DNA of 64,000 bases, from assembly GCA_965205505.1 (NCBI GenBank), contig CBDBHB010000008.1:448001-512000 (forward strand). Direction: 5' to 3'. The notes under the pieces are model-generated. The model was not told the DNA's origin. It saw only the letters and a list, made by a program, of their open reading frames with translations, and did no database searches. Source of the stretch: Acidobacteriota bacterium. GTDB lineage: Bacteria > Acidobacteriota > UBA890 > WLXD01. The stretch's first letter is position 1; each line of letters starts with the position of its first letter. This document shows positions 42,614-53,009 of the stretch, in pieces. The translations under genes were made by a program, and so were the position numbers.

Positions 42614-42738
42614 TCGCGCGCCGAACGCCTGCGCTGCTCTTCGCTGCGTCGCTTCGCGTATCACCGTAGACAAACCCAGGACATGGTGGTGTAATGCTGC
42701 GCCTTGTCGGACTTCTACCACCCTGCCTTCGCATCGCC

Positions 42739-42975
42739 ATGGTCCAGAACGAGCTCGCCAACCCAGCGCGCACCGCGCTCGCCGGCCAAGGGGCGAGCAA
42801 CGACAAGATCGTCACCGTTGAGGGCCTGGGGCGAGGCGGCAAGCTGACACGGTTGCAACAAGCGTTCGTCGATCACACTGGATCTGCATGCGGGTTCTGC
42901 ACTCCCGGCATGATCATCACGGCCACGGCGCTGCTGGAGAGTAATCGACGTCCGGCCCGCCGGGACATCTACCGC
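42739..42975 (+). pseudogene. (2Fe-2S)-binding subunit remnant (CoxS/XdhC-like)
   Basis: IVTVEGL...LQQAFVDHTGSACGFCTPGMIITATALL; the N-terminal cluster cysteines and the final CRC are absent. Confidence 0.75.
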
Positions 42976-43060
42976 ATCGAAGCGGCATGTGCGCTAGTTT
43001 GTTCCGGATGTCCGCAGGCTCCACACGGCCGATTCGCCGCGTCTCGCTCATACGAAACAG

Positions 43061-45688
43061 GTGAAACCTCGCATGCTGAGAACCCTTGCACTCATCGCAG
43101 CCCTGCAAATCGCCGCTCCCCCCCCCCAAGAACTGGTTGTCGGTGCGCGCTACGATCCGAGCATTCCGACGCTCGAGGAAGTGGTCGGTCACGACTTTCG
43201 GGAGGAGATCACCCCACCCGACGAGATCGTTCTCTATATGGAGACGCTCGCCGCGGTGGCGCCGCAGCGCACGCGTCTGATTCAGTACGCGGAGAGCTGG
43301 GAGGGCCGCCCGCTGGTCGTCATGGTGATCGGCTCGGCGGAACGCATAGCGCGGCTCGACGAGGTCAAGGCCGACCTGCGACGACTCGCCTACCCCGAAG
43401 GTCTCTCGGAGGCCGAGGCAGCCGAGCTCATCGGTCGGCTGCCTGTCGTGACGGCCCTCATGCACGGGGTGCATGGAAACGAGATCAGCTCCAACGGCGC
43501 CGCCATGGCCGAGGCATACCACCTGCTCGCGGCGCAGGGAGACGCCACCGTCGACCTGATTCTCGCGGAGTCGCTGGTACTCATCGATCCGGCCGAGAAC
43601 CCGGACGGGCGTGCCCGATTCGTACAACAAAACACCATGGGACAGGCTCGCTGGCCCGACCCGGCGCCCTTCTCCGCCGAGCACGACGAACCCTGGCCGG
43701 GCGGACGCGTGAACCACTACCTGTTCGACCTCAACCGCGACCTGTTTATCCAGAGCCAGTCGGAGACGCGCGGCAAGGTGAAGTTGTTCCTCGACTTCTG
43801 GCCGCAGATCGTCGTCGACCTGCACGAGATGGGGGGCGACGCGACCTACTTCTTCCCGCCCACGGCGCCGCCATCCAACCCGTGGTACGGCGAGCGTCAG
43901 ATCGCCCTGATGGACGTGTTCGGACGTGCCAACGCGACGGCGTTCGATCGGCGTGGCTTCGCCTATTTCAACCGCGACGTCTACGACCTCTTTTACCCCG
44001 GTTATGTCGACATGTGGCCGATGGGCCACGGGGCACTCGGCATGACCTACGAGCAGGCCTCGGCTCGGGCGCTCGTGCTGAAGCGCTCCGACGGCGATCT
44101 GCTGACCTACGGCGACGGCGTGCTGCACCATTTCACCGCGGCGATCACCAGCGCCGAGACTGCGGCCCGCAACCGTGAGGGAATCCTGCGCGATTACCTG
44201 GAATTTCGACGCGAGGGCATCGAGCTCGGCCAGCGGGGGCCGGCAGAGCTCGTGCTGCACTCCTCGCACGACCCCGGGATGGCGGAGCGACTGGCGCGCA
44301 TGCTGGCTCGAAACGGGATCGAGGTACGGGAAGCTACCGGTGCTGTCACGGTCGGAGACCGCACGCTGCCAGCCGTCGGCACCTACATCGTACCCATGGC
44401 GCAGCCGGCGCATCGCTTCGCGCACAACCTGCTGGACGAGCACGTGCCGATGGACGAGGACTTCGTCCGCCGACAGCTAGAGCTGCGCGATGAGCGCAAG
44501 CGCGACGAGATCTACGACCTGACAGCATGGAGCCAGCCGCTGCTATGGGACGTCGAGGTGCTCGAGGCGGAGACGGCGACCGGCGCCGCCGGCAGCGCCA
44601 TGACGCCCGAGCCGCCCGCGATCGGAGCCGACACAACGCTTCCACCGGCCCAGGTCGGCTACCTGATTCCGTGGGGCACCAATGGTGCAGCGACGGTCGC
44701 CGAGGCGCTTCGCGAGGGTATCCGCGTACGCTCGGGCGGCGGTGAGTTCACCCTCGGAGACCGACAGTACGCCGTCGGAACAGCGATCGTCCGCACGGTG
44801 GAGAACGGGCCGGATCTGAGGGAGCGGCTGGGTCGAATCGCCGCGACCCACCGGGCCGAGGTCGTTGCCATCGACGACTCCTATGTACGCGACGGCATGT
44901 CGCTCGGAAGCCGGCGCGTCTCGGCGCTGCGGGATCCGCGCGTCATGCTGGTCTACGACGCGCCAGGAAGATCCTACTCGGTTGGCTGGGCTCGGTACGT
45001 GCTCGAGCGCCGCTACGGTGTGCGCACCACCGCGGTGCGCGCTTCGAGCCTCGGGCGGGCGGCGCTCAGCGACTTCGACGTCATCGTCTTTCCCAGCGGA
45101 GACTATGAAGGCTCCGTCGATTCCGGGATGCTCGACGCGATCCACCGATGGATGCGAGAAGGCGGAACCATCATCACGCTGGCCGAGTCGACGCGCTGGG
45201 CATCGCGCTCGGGTCTGCTGGCAACCACGGCGGAGCGGCGCGGCGGCCGCGCCGAGGACGATGACCCCGACGCAGGCGATACACCCGAGCAACCGATCGA
45301 GTACCTGGAAGAGATCGTGCCCGAGGACGAGTCGCCAGAATCCGTCCCGGGCGCCATCCTGCGCGTGGTGCTCGACACCGATCACTGGCTGGCAGCCGGC
45401 ACGGATGGTGAGATCGGCGTGCTCGTCGAGGGAACCCGTGTGTTTCGTCCCGTCAAACTGGACGACGGAACCAACGTCGGTCGCTACGGTGAGCTCGACA
45501 ACCTGCTGCTGAGCGGCATCGTCTGGGACGAGGGCCGCCCGCAGCTCGCCAGCAAGGCGTTCCTGATCCACCAGCCAGTCGGGCGAGGCCAAATCGTCGC
45601 CTTCGCGGAGGATCCGAACTACCGGGCATACACCGAGGCAACCCAGCTCCTGTTTATCAACGCGGTGCTACTGGGGCCGGGACGGTAG
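43061..45688 (+). CDS. M14-family zinc carboxypeptidase
   Basis: Signal peptide; GVHGNE, NPDGR, DLNRD, VDLHEMG; C-terminal GATase-like region. Confidence 0.9.
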   Translation: MKPRMLRTLALIAALQIAAPPPQELVVGARYDPSIPTLEEVVGHDFREEITPPDEIVLYMETLAAVAPQRTRLIQYAESWEGRPLVVMVIGSAERIARLDEVKADLRRLAYPEGLSEAEAAELIGRLPVVTALMHGVHGNEISSNGAAMAEAYHLLAAQGDATVDLILAESLVLIDPAENPDGRARFVQQNTMGQARWPDPAPFSAEHDEPWPGGRVNHYLFDLNRDLFIQSQSETRGKVKLFLDFWPQIVVDLHEMGGDATYFFPPTAPPSNPWYGERQIALMDVFGRANATAFDRRGFAYFNRDVYDLFYPGYVDMWPMGHGALGMTYEQASARALVLKRSDGDLLTYGDGVLHHFTAAITSAETAARNREGILRDYLEFRREGIELGQRGPAELVLHSSHDPGMAERLARMLARNGIEVREATGAVTVGDRTLPAVGTYIVPMAQPAHRFAHNLLDEHVPMDEDFVRRQLELRDERKRDEIYDLTAWSQPLLWDVEVLEAETATGAAGSAMTPEPPAIGADTTLPPAQVGYLIPWGTNGAATVAEALREGIRVRSGGGEFTLGDRQYAVGTAIVRTVENGPDLRERLGRIAATHRAEVVAIDDSYVRDGMSLGSRRVSALRDPRVMLVYDAPGRSYSVGWARYVLERRYGVRTTAVRASSLGRAALSDFDVIVFPSGDYEGSVDSGMLDAIHRWMREGGTIITLAESTRWASRSGLLATTAERRGGRAEDDDPDAGDTPEQPIEYLEEIVPEDESPESVPGAILRVVLDTDHWLAAGTDGEIGVLVEGTRVFRPVKLDDGTNVGRYGELDNLLLSGIVWDEGRPQLASKAFLIHQPVGRGQIVAFAEDPNYRAYTEATQLLFINAVLLGPGR

Positions 45689-45762
45689 AGTCAGTAGGTG
45701 TACACGACCTGCGCCTCGCCGCGCTCGCCAATTACCGCTCGGTAGTGAGCGACCATCCGCTC

Positions 45763-45892
45763 GGTACTGTCAAGTTAAGTCGAAATCGGCAAGAAACGCG
45801 TGACCCGTAGGACAGGAACCCCTGGTATTCGGGCCTTTGCGGTCTGGGTGAGGCGCCTAAGCGGGCAAGAATCGGCTTAACTTGACAGTACC
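45763..45892. mobile_element. 130-bp MITE-like element with IS6-like terminal inverted repeats
   Basis: ggtactgtcaagttaag...cttaacttgacagtacc (17-bp perfect TIR); no ORF and no target duplication. Confidence 0.8.
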
Positions 45893-46885
45893 CTGGTAGG
45901 TGCCCTCATAGCGCAGCGGCAGCCTGCCGGCGCGTTCGAGACGGGCCAGCAGGCCGTAGACGTGGTCCTCGTAGCCGAAATTGCCGCCCTCGTAGACCAT
46001 CGTAACGCCTTTCTCCAGCAGCGTCTGCAGAAACGCCACCACGCTGGCCTCGTGCACGTCGGTATCGACGTCGAACTGCGAAGCTAGGTGCTGCCAGCCC
46101 GCACCCTCCTTGACCCAACCGGTGGGAACACCGTTGGCGTCGCGAGCGTACATGGCGACCCCGGGTCGCGGATCGGGCGTGCTGGCGTCGATCCCGAGCA
46201 CCTCCAGCGCCTTCGAGTTCAGCCAGTTGCTGTGCCAGGAGCGGCTGGCGATCCACACCGGCCGGTCTGCAACGATGCGGTCGAGGTCCCGTCGGTGCGG
46301 CCCCCTGGACCCGTCGACGAACAGCTCGTTGGGCCAGCAGCAAAGTCGGATCCAGCCCTCCCCTGGATTGCTCTCGACGTGGTTGCGCAGCGATTCGAGG
46401 AACTCCTCGCGGCTGGAGCCGCTGACGGACCCGTCGTAGTCCTCGAGGTCCATGTAACCCGGATGCGTGTGACCGTCGATGAGGCCCGGGATTACCAGAC
46501 GACCCGCCAGATCGACCGTGCGCGTCGCGTTCGACACGAAGGCCGCAGCGCCGGCGTCGTCCCCAACGTAGGTGAGCTCGCCGTCCTCGATCGCGACCGC
46601 AGTAGCCGACGGGTTGCCGTCGTCCATCGTCACGATGTCGCCGCCGGTGAGCACCCAGTCGGCGCCAGCGGCGGATCCACCGCTCCCGTCGTCCCCGGCG
46701 TCGCAGCTCACCGTCAGCGCGATCGTTCCCACCAGAGCCAACAAGAGGCTACCCGAGAGGATCGCGCCGCGCGCTCGCGTCCATAGAGTCATCGGCCTAA
46801 GTAGTCGGACTGCTGCGAGATGCCGGTCACCGGGCGGTTCGCCACGACGCTCGAGGTTAGCGGCTTTATCGCTCTTCCTACTCAT
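45857..46885 (-). pseudogene. Amidohydrolase-3 (YtcJ-like) protein, 3'-truncated by the MITE
   Basis: DLAGRLVIPGLIDGHTH, HSNWLNSKAL, PTGWVKE; similarity stops at 45893. Confidence 0.82.
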
Positions 46886-47062
46886 CGGATCCGGCTCCGG
46901 TACCTGTACCTGTACCTGTACCTCGTCGCTCGCTCCATGCGGCTGCGATCCTATCGTACCGCAGGGGGGGGACCCGTCCGGCCCTGCCACGCACCCGACT
47001 CTCCCACGGCGGCTGGCACTGTCGCGACCCCGCCGATCACCTCGACCAGCAAGGGGAATTGG

Positions 47063-47654
47063 CTATTCAGGTATGTCCGGAATCGTCCGATCCAGGCCCC
47101 GAGGGATGTTCTTGTCCGCATCGTAGAACGGCAGCGAGACGATCTCCCCGAAGTGGGACGCGCCCTCGAGATCCTGCACCTCGACCCGCTTACCGAGCCA
47201 CTCACCGGGCTCGTCGAAGAGGGCGAAGCCGACGCCGTGCTGCAGAAACGGAGACCAGGCACCGGCGGTTACGCGGCCGACCTGGCGGCCATCGACCATC
47301 ACCTGCCCGTAGGGCGCAGCATCCGTAGACTTGATGCCATACAGCAGCAAGCGTTGGTCGGCGACCTCGAGTGCCTGCTTGCCGATGAAATCAACCTTGT
47401 CGAGGTGGACGAACTTACCAAGCCCGGCCTGGAAAGGATTATCTGCCCGGGTCATGTCGTTGCCGTTGCTGAGGATGCCGGCCTCGATGCGGCGGCTCTC
47501 CAGGAAGTCCACCGCGGTGCCGACCATCTCGAAGTTCTTCCCGGCCGCCAGGATGTGATTCCACAGCGCCGGCCCGTCGACGTCGCTCATCGTCGTGTAC
47601 ACCTCCCAGCCCAGCTCACCTGTCCAGCCGGTACGCGACAACACTGTCTCTCAT
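47063..47654 (-). pseudogene. Aminomethyltransferase (GcvT/DmdA-like), C-terminal half only
   Basis: SRTGWTGELGWEVY, RRIEAG, DFIGKQAL, SLPFYD; the N-terminal domain is missing after ATG 47654. Confidence 0.8.
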
Positions 47655-47666
47655 GCCACCACCGCC

Positions 47667-47840
47667 TCACACGCCCGCCTCGTTCCTTACCGCCTCGAAC
47701 TGCTCGATTGCAAAGGTCAGGTCGTCCTTGGTGTGCGCCGCGGAGACCTGGACGCGGATGCGCGCCTGCTCCTGAGGCACGACCGGGAAGCTGAAGGCGA
47801 TCACGCAGACGCCCTTCTCCAGCAGGTCCTCCGCAAGCAT
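47667..47840 (-). pseudogene. 3' fragment of glycine C-acetyltransferase (Kbl/BioF family)
   Basis: Manual translation: [48 protein letters not shown]. Confidence 0.75.
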
Positions 47841-47883
47841 GACCTGCGTCTTGCGCCGCAGCAGCGTCTGTGCCCAGTGGCTC

Positions 47884-48696
47884 TCAGTAGGGCCGATCGG
47901 CGAGGAGCTTCTGGAGTACGTCTCTGCGCAGGCCCATTCTGGTCGCGAAGCGACCCCCCGGATGAGGCAGAAACCAAACGTGCATCATCTGCGGCCCGCG
48001 GTACGAAGGCGTACCGATAGCGCACGTTCCATCGGCGAGGGCTGGAACGTGTGTGGCCCTGCCATTGTTGAAGCATCGCACCCTTGACCAGGTATGGAAG
48101 TGCCAGAGGGTTAGCGGGCCACCTATCTGCGGCCCTTCGTCCTCCGGGCTGTTCACGATGAACATGAAGGCGAGCAGTTTCTTGCCTAGCGCTTCGCCGG
48201 AGTACATCAGAAACTCGGGGCGCTGCGGATCAAGGACACGCTCATCGTTGATGAAGTCGGTGTTTAGGTAGTGCGAGCGATCCCCAGGCATGGGCTGGTA
48301 GCCGTCCGCTAGGGCCTGCTCCAAGTCCAGCCAGCCGTGTGCTTTGGCACTGGCAACACTCGTTGCCAGCAGCTCATCGGCAGCCCCTTGCTGCTCAGCA
48401 GTCGGCTCTGAGTTCGGGAACCGGTTGAGCTCGTATATCAGCATGCCTGTAGCCGGCGGCTTCATGTCCACCTCGGATTCCGGACCACAGCCAAGCCTCT
48501 TTCCATCGCTCTGCCACATGCAGACCTCGCGTTCGACGCTGAGGCCGGTCGGTGGGGTGTCAGCTTGATCGGCGGCATTTGCCGAGGCGGCGATCAAAGC
48601 AGCAACGGCGGCAGCGCTCGCCAACCGCAAGACAGCGCTTAATCGCCTTCGGGGCCTTTGCGTTGTTGGAGCGAACTTGACTGCGTCTTGAACCAT
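47884..48696 (-). CDS. Secreted hypothetical protein
   Basis: Signal-like [14 protein letters not shown]; conserved-looking motifs [25 protein letters not shown] and MMHVW. Confidence 0.7.
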   Translation of the reverse strand: MVQDAVKFAPTTQRPRRRLSAVLRLASAAAVAALIAASANAADQADTPPTGLSVEREVCMWQSDGKRLGCGPESEVDMKPPATGMLIYELNRFPNSEPTAEQQGAADELLATSVASAKAHGWLDLEQALADGYQPMPGDRSHYLNTDFINDERVLDPQRPEFLMYSGEALGKKLLAFMFIVNSPEDEGPQIGGPLTLWHFHTWSRVRCFNNGRATHVPALADGTCAIGTPSYRGPQMMHVWFLPHPGGRFATRMGLRRDVLQKLLADRPY

Positions 48697-48731
48697 GTCT
48701 TGGGTCCACCGTTCAGATCTGATGCCTATTA

Positions 48732-49009
48732 CTAGTGGCCTGTAACAGATGATCGTTGCATATCGTGGTGGCGAAATAGGTCCGGATGCCAGGCGCGACG
48801 ACGAGACGATGTTTGCCCATCGTGGAGGAGGAGCAACGCCGCAGACGGGCCGATTTCGCCGCCATCCTCCGGACAGATGGGCAGTTGCGGGCGATATCGG
48901 CGTTGCGCCTCGTCGACGATGCCCACTGCATCGCCTTCCTCCCCGCTCCTTGATCTCACCCGCAAATCCCATCTGCGATATGCAACGATCATCTGTTACA
49001 GGCCACTAG
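48732..49009. repeat. Structured element A (278 bp; CTAG + perfect 30-bp TIR)
   Basis: ctag-tggcctgtaacagatgatcgttgcatatcg at the left end, with its exact reverse complement at 48976-49009. Confidence 0.92.
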
Positions 49010-49063
49010 TCGTATTCATGGCTCTTGCCGAGCTCATTTGTTCCTAGCCGCGACTTCCGAGAT

Positions 49064-49160
49064 CGACCTGACCCCGTGGTTAGTACCCACTCTTATCTCA
49101 CCAACTCGGTGCTGACAAGATGAGACGAGAAGGCCAGCCACTTCGTGGGGTCGGTTCTGA
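49064..49160 (-). mobile_element. Diverged remnant of the IS3 (31235-32494) right end
   Basis: gacctgaccccgtggttagtacccactcttatctcaccaactcggtgctgacaag closely resembles the reverse complement of 32439-32493. Confidence 0.75.
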
Positions 49161-49164
49161 ACCC

Positions 49165-49285
49165 CACCCTCATCGGTCGTGAACTCTATGTTGCGTTCGG
49201 GCTCGACGGGCATGCTCGCTCCGTCCAGGAAGTCGCGACGGTTGATCTCCCGGCTCATGCCCAGCTCGCGGTCGCTCTTCTTCAA
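49165..49285 (-). pseudogene. Chimeric gene scrap: SpdH-like Tat leader fused to another gene fragment
   Basis: MKKSDRELGMSREINRRDFLDGAS (same leader as 56338 and 58410) followed by PERNIEFTTDEG. Confidence 0.65.
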
Positions 49286-49306
49286 ACGTCTCCTGGGGAA
49301 GAGCCC

Positions 49307-49585
49307 CTAGTGCTCCTGATCATAAGTACGGTGACGTTTGCAGGAGCGAGATGCGGGCGAGATCAAGGAAGGGTGAGGAAGGCGATGCCTTAGCCATCCT
49401 CGACGAACCCTGACGCCGAGATCGCCCGCATAACGCTCCTGCCCTCCGGGTGGCCGCGGGACCGGCCACCTTGGGCGTCGCGGCGCCTCGACGATACACC
49501 CAGCATCGCCCTCGTCGCCGCTCCTACAATTCGTCCCGGTCGCGCGCGCCACAAACGTCACCGTACTTATGATCAGGAGCACTAG
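49307..49585. repeat. Structured element B (279 bp; CTAG + perfect 30-bp TIR)
   Basis: ctag-tgctcctgatcataagtacggtgacgtttg at the left end, with its exact reverse complement at 49552-49585. Confidence 0.92.
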
Positions 49586-51057
49586 TCTTGATTGCGGATC
49601 GAGTACAGGCGGCTCTGAGTCCGCAGGAGCAAGCGATCACCGACGATGGCGGGCGAGGCGAGCGTCCACTCGTTCAGGTCGTTGATATGGGACAGCCGGT
49701 ACTCCCGGCCGGCCTCGATCACGAAGGTGTCGCCTTCCTCGCCCATCGCGAAGATCTTGCCGTTGTATGCCCACGGCGTTGTGGTAAACGCTCCGGCGCC
49801 CCGTGCGACGCGGGAGCGATACAATCGCTCGCCGGTCGCGACATCGTAACGGGCGAAGATGCCTTTCTCGGTGAGCACGTACAAAGCGCCGTCGTAGATG
49901 ATCGGCGTCGGCAGATACGTGCCGCCGGCGACAGGGTTGTACCAGACGACATACTCGTTCTTGTCCGCCGGCGCTTTCGGGGTGATGTCTCCCAACGCGC
50001 CCGGACGGATCGAAGCGATGGCCCTGTTTTGCTGTCCGGAGGACCCGGAGGTCACGAAGAGGTGGCCGCCCCAGACGAACGGACTCTGGATGGTCGTGGT
50101 CGCCATGCCGTGCATCCACCACAGCTCCTCGCCCTCCAGGCTATAGCTGATGACTGCGCGGGGTCCGACCGTCACGATCTCGGTGCGCAGCTCGTGCTCC
50201 CAAACGAAGGGCGTCGACCAGCCGGTCCTTCGCCCTTCGCCCAAGTCGCGCAGCGTGCGCCACAGCTCCTTGCCGGTCCGTTTGTCGAACGCGGCGATGA
50301 AGCCCTGCTCTTCGTTGTCGTTCAATACGATCACGCGGTCACCATGAAGCGCGGGAGATGCGCCGGTGCCGAAATCCCGGACCTTCTGAAACAGCTTCAA
50401 CGGCGTCGCCCACACCGGGTTCCCGTCCAAGTCGAAGGCGAAGAGCCCAAGGTGTCCTAAGTAGACGTAGACGCGCTCACCGTCCGTCACTGGTGTCTCG
50501 GACGCGAAGCTGTTCTTTCGGTGGCGCCCGCCCGGCGGGTTGCCGTGGTAGACCTGACGCTCCCAGAGGCGCGCGCCGCTCGCGAGATCGAAGCAGTAGA
50601 GCATCAGGTCGATTACGACCTCGTGTGGCATCTCGCGATCGCGCTCATAGAGCCGGTCGTTGGCCTCCTCGCTCGACAAACCCTCGGCGCGCAGCTCCGC
50701 GAGGTACTCATTACTGAAATCGGTCCCCAACGAGGGCTGCTTCATCGGCCGATCGCTGACGGCTGAAGTCAGGAAGACCTTGCCGTCCCAGACGATTGGC
50801 GAAGACCATCCGACGCCGGGTACCTCGATCACCCACTCGACGTTTTCGTTCGTCGACCACCGCTCCGGCAGCCTCGGGTTGTCGGCGATGGGGAGGGAAT
50901 CGGGCCCCAGGAAGCGAGGCCAGTTGTGCGTGGGCTTGTCCTCGTCAACGGCCTGGAGAGGACGTGCCCCGGTCGGAGCGGGAGGTTCCTGTCGGACTTC
51001 GGCAGCAACGCAGCCCACCGCGACCAGCAAAGCTACAATCGCCCGGCTAGCGCTCAT
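49582..51057 (-). CDS. PQQ-repeat beta-propeller protein (BamB-like)
   Basis: NWPRFLGP, GWSSPIVW, ASETPVTDGERVY, GWSTPFVW, LASPAIVGDRLLLRT. Confidence 0.88.
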   Translation of the reverse strand: MSASRAIVALLVAVGCVAAEVRQEPPAPTGARPLQAVDEDKPTHNWPRFLGPDSLPIADNPRLPERWSTNENVEWVIEVPGVGWSSPIVWDGKVFLTSAVSDRPMKQPSLGTDFSNEYLAELRAEGLSSEEANDRLYERDREMPHEVVIDLMLYCFDLASGARLWERQVYHGNPPGGRHRKNSFASETPVTDGERVYVYLGHLGLFAFDLDGNPVWATPLKLFQKVRDFGTGASPALHGDRVIVLNDNEEQGFIAAFDKRTGKELWRTLRDLGEGRRTGWSTPFVWEHELRTEIVTVGPRAVISYSLEGEELWWMHGMATTTIQSPFVWGGHLFVTSGSSGQQNRAIASIRPGALGDITPKAPADKNEYVVWYNPVAGGTYLPTPIIYDGALYVLTEKGIFARYDVATGERLYRSRVARGAGAFTTTPWAYNGKIFAMGEEGDTFVIEAGREYRLSHINDLNEWTLASPAIVGDRLLLRTQSRLYSIRNQD

Positions 51058-51318
51058 CGATCAGTCCTCCACGAATTCGGCGGCAATCCGATTGCTATTC
51101 ATGGGCCGCTGGTTTGCTCGAACCTGCCCGGGATCCACTGATTGTGCACGATCAGCCGCGGATAGCTGAGCCGGCGTGCCGATGGCCGCGCGGGTGCTAC
51201 GGGACGGATCAAAGAACGCGATGGGCGCACTCGATGCAATCGAGGATACGCCACCGGTTGTGGCGCACCGGCGCGTGCGAGAATGCCGCCGGCAACGTTC
51301 CCCACGCAGGAGGACACC

Positions 51319-52875
51319 TTGAACGGATACAGAGGTGCGATCGTGCCGATCGCCGCGGTGCTGCTGCTTATCGGAGCCGCGCAGCAGGGCCAACCCGGAG
51401 TCGATCAGGAGATGGTTGCGCGCATCCGCGAGGAGGGATTCCACCGCTCGCAACTCGCCGACACCCTCTCCTACATGACCGACGTGCTCGGCGCGCGCCT
51501 GACGCTGTCCGACGACATGAAGCGGGCACAGCGCTGGGCGATCGGTGAGATGGAGCGGATCGGGTTGCGCAACACAGTCATCGAGCCTTTCATGGACTAC
51601 GGCGTGAGCTGGGACAACGAGTACGTGTCGCTGCACATGATCGAGCCCGACTACCAGCCAATGGTGGGCTACCCGCTGACGCACACACCTGGCACGGAGG
51701 GTCGGCTCCGGCTGCAGGTCGTCCTCGCCGACGTGCGGATGCGGGGCGATCTCGAGCCGTTGCGCGGCCGACTCGGTGGCAAGGCCGTGCTTTCGACCCC
51801 GCCGGCGGTGATCGACCTGGCACGGCTGAACGCGGGCGTTCCGCGGCGGACCACCGAAGAGCTGCGGGAGATCGCCGGGGCCGCCGCCATCCCGCCGCGG
51901 CCGAGGCCTCGCACTCCGCGAAACCCGGACCTGCTGACCGACGACGAGCGGATGGCGTTCTACAAGGCCGAGGGCGCAACGCTGATGCTCGAGTCGCGCA
52001 GCGGCTGGCCGGGCGCGGTCCGTGGCTTTGCCCGGCCCGGCACCAAGGTCGACATGTGGGGACGCGACGAGAGCCTCGAGTCGCTGCCGATCGTCGCGGT
52101 AACACCCGAGCACTACAACCGTATGGTCCGTATCCGGCAGCGCGGCATCGATGTGGCGATCGAGGTGGAGATCCGCAATCGGATCGGCGCAGCGCGCCAG
52201 CAGGCGAGCAACGTGCTCGGCGATATCCCCGGCTCCGATCTCGCCGACGAGCTGGTGATGCTCGGCGCTCACTTCGACACCTGGCATGCGAGCCCCAACG
52301 CCGCCGACAACACGTCGGGCGTGGCGGTGATGCTGGAGGCCGCCCGGATTCTCACGGCGCTCGGCGTGCAGCCGCGCCGCACCATTCGCGTTGCGCTGTG
52401 GGCGGGAGAGGAGCAGGGTCTCTTCGGCTCACGCGAGTACGTCAAGCAGCACTTCGGCGACCCGGCCGACGCGAGCGTTGGGCGGACGCCGGCCTACGAG
52501 AAGTTCTCGGTGTACTTCAACCAGGACTACGGGCCGGGGCAGTACCGCGGCATCTACCTGCAGGGCAACGAACATGTGCGGCAGACCTTCGCGGCCTGGA
52601 TGGAGCCATTCCGCGACCTCGGCATGACCACGATCGCGTCGACCGGGGTGGGTAGCACCGACCACGTGTCGTTCGACAACGCCGGCCTGCCAGGCTTCCA
52701 GTTCCTGCAGGACCGCGCGGGCGGCACCGGCGGGCACACCAACCTCGATTTCTTCGACACGCTGCCGATCGACGACCTGATGAAGAACGCGGTGATCGTC
52801 GCAGCGTTCGTCTACCACGCGGCGATGAGCGACGAGCGCGTTCCGCGCAAGGACATCCCTAACAGGCCGTGGTGA
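51319..52875 (+). CDS. M28-family metallopeptidase
   Basis: LGAHFDTW, AADNTSG, WAGEEQGLFGS, FNQDYG, STDHVSF, HTNLD. Confidence 0.9.
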   Translation: MNGYRGAIVPIAAVLLLIGAAQQGQPGVDQEMVARIREEGFHRSQLADTLSYMTDVLGARLTLSDDMKRAQRWAIGEMERIGLRNTVIEPFMDYGVSWDNEYVSLHMIEPDYQPMVGYPLTHTPGTEGRLRLQVVLADVRMRGDLEPLRGRLGGKAVLSTPPAVIDLARLNAGVPRRTTEELREIAGAAAIPPRPRPRTPRNPDLLTDDERMAFYKAEGATLMLESRSGWPGAVRGFARPGTKVDMWGRDESLESLPIVAVTPEHYNRMVRIRQRGIDVAIEVEIRNRIGAARQQASNVLGDIPGSDLADELVMLGAHFDTWHASPNAADNTSGVAVMLEAARILTALGVQPRRTIRVALWAGEEQGLFGSREYVKQHFGDPADASVGRTPAYEKFSVYFNQDYGPGQYRGIYLQGNEHVRQTFAAWMEPFRDLGMTTIASTGVGSTDHVSFDNAGLPGFQFLQDRAGGTGGHTNLDFFDTLPIDDLMKNAVIVAAFVYHAAMSDERVPRKDIPNRPW

Positions 52876-52896
52876 AAGTGTGGTGGGCCTGGTTAC
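52859..52896. repeat. Solo end of a C-type structured element
   Basis: ctaacaggccgtggtgaaagtgtggtgggcctggttac matches the reverse complement of the right end of 55931-56209 with 2 mismatches. Confidence 0.8.
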
Positions 52897-53009
52897 CCAT
52901 AGCATCGTCAGCCGGCCCTCGCGAGCCACGCCACGTACTCCGCGTGATCGAGCACTGGTCTGCGGCCCTCCCTCGATACCACGAGCTGTTCGATCAACGC
53001 ACCGGCGGT

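Noticed and set aside
43118-43127. C10 tract in the M14 peptidase signal region as a phase-variation switch
   Set aside because: Currently in frame (encodes Pro-Pro-Pro); nothing in the sequence alone shows variation.
42694-44443. Long ORFs 42694-44178 (+) and 42917-44443 (-)
   Set aside because: Alternative-frame or antisense shadows of the M14 peptidase in GC-rich DNA; only the short 2Fe-2S remnant is protein-like.
46900-46923. (GTACCT)x4 microsatellite
   Set aside because: Short, multiple-of-three unit upstream of a truncated gene; no evidence of function.
47884-48972. N-terminal extension of the 362-aa ORF and the small ORFs inside elements A, B and C
   Set aside because: They are translations of the palindromic elements; the plausible gene start is 48696.
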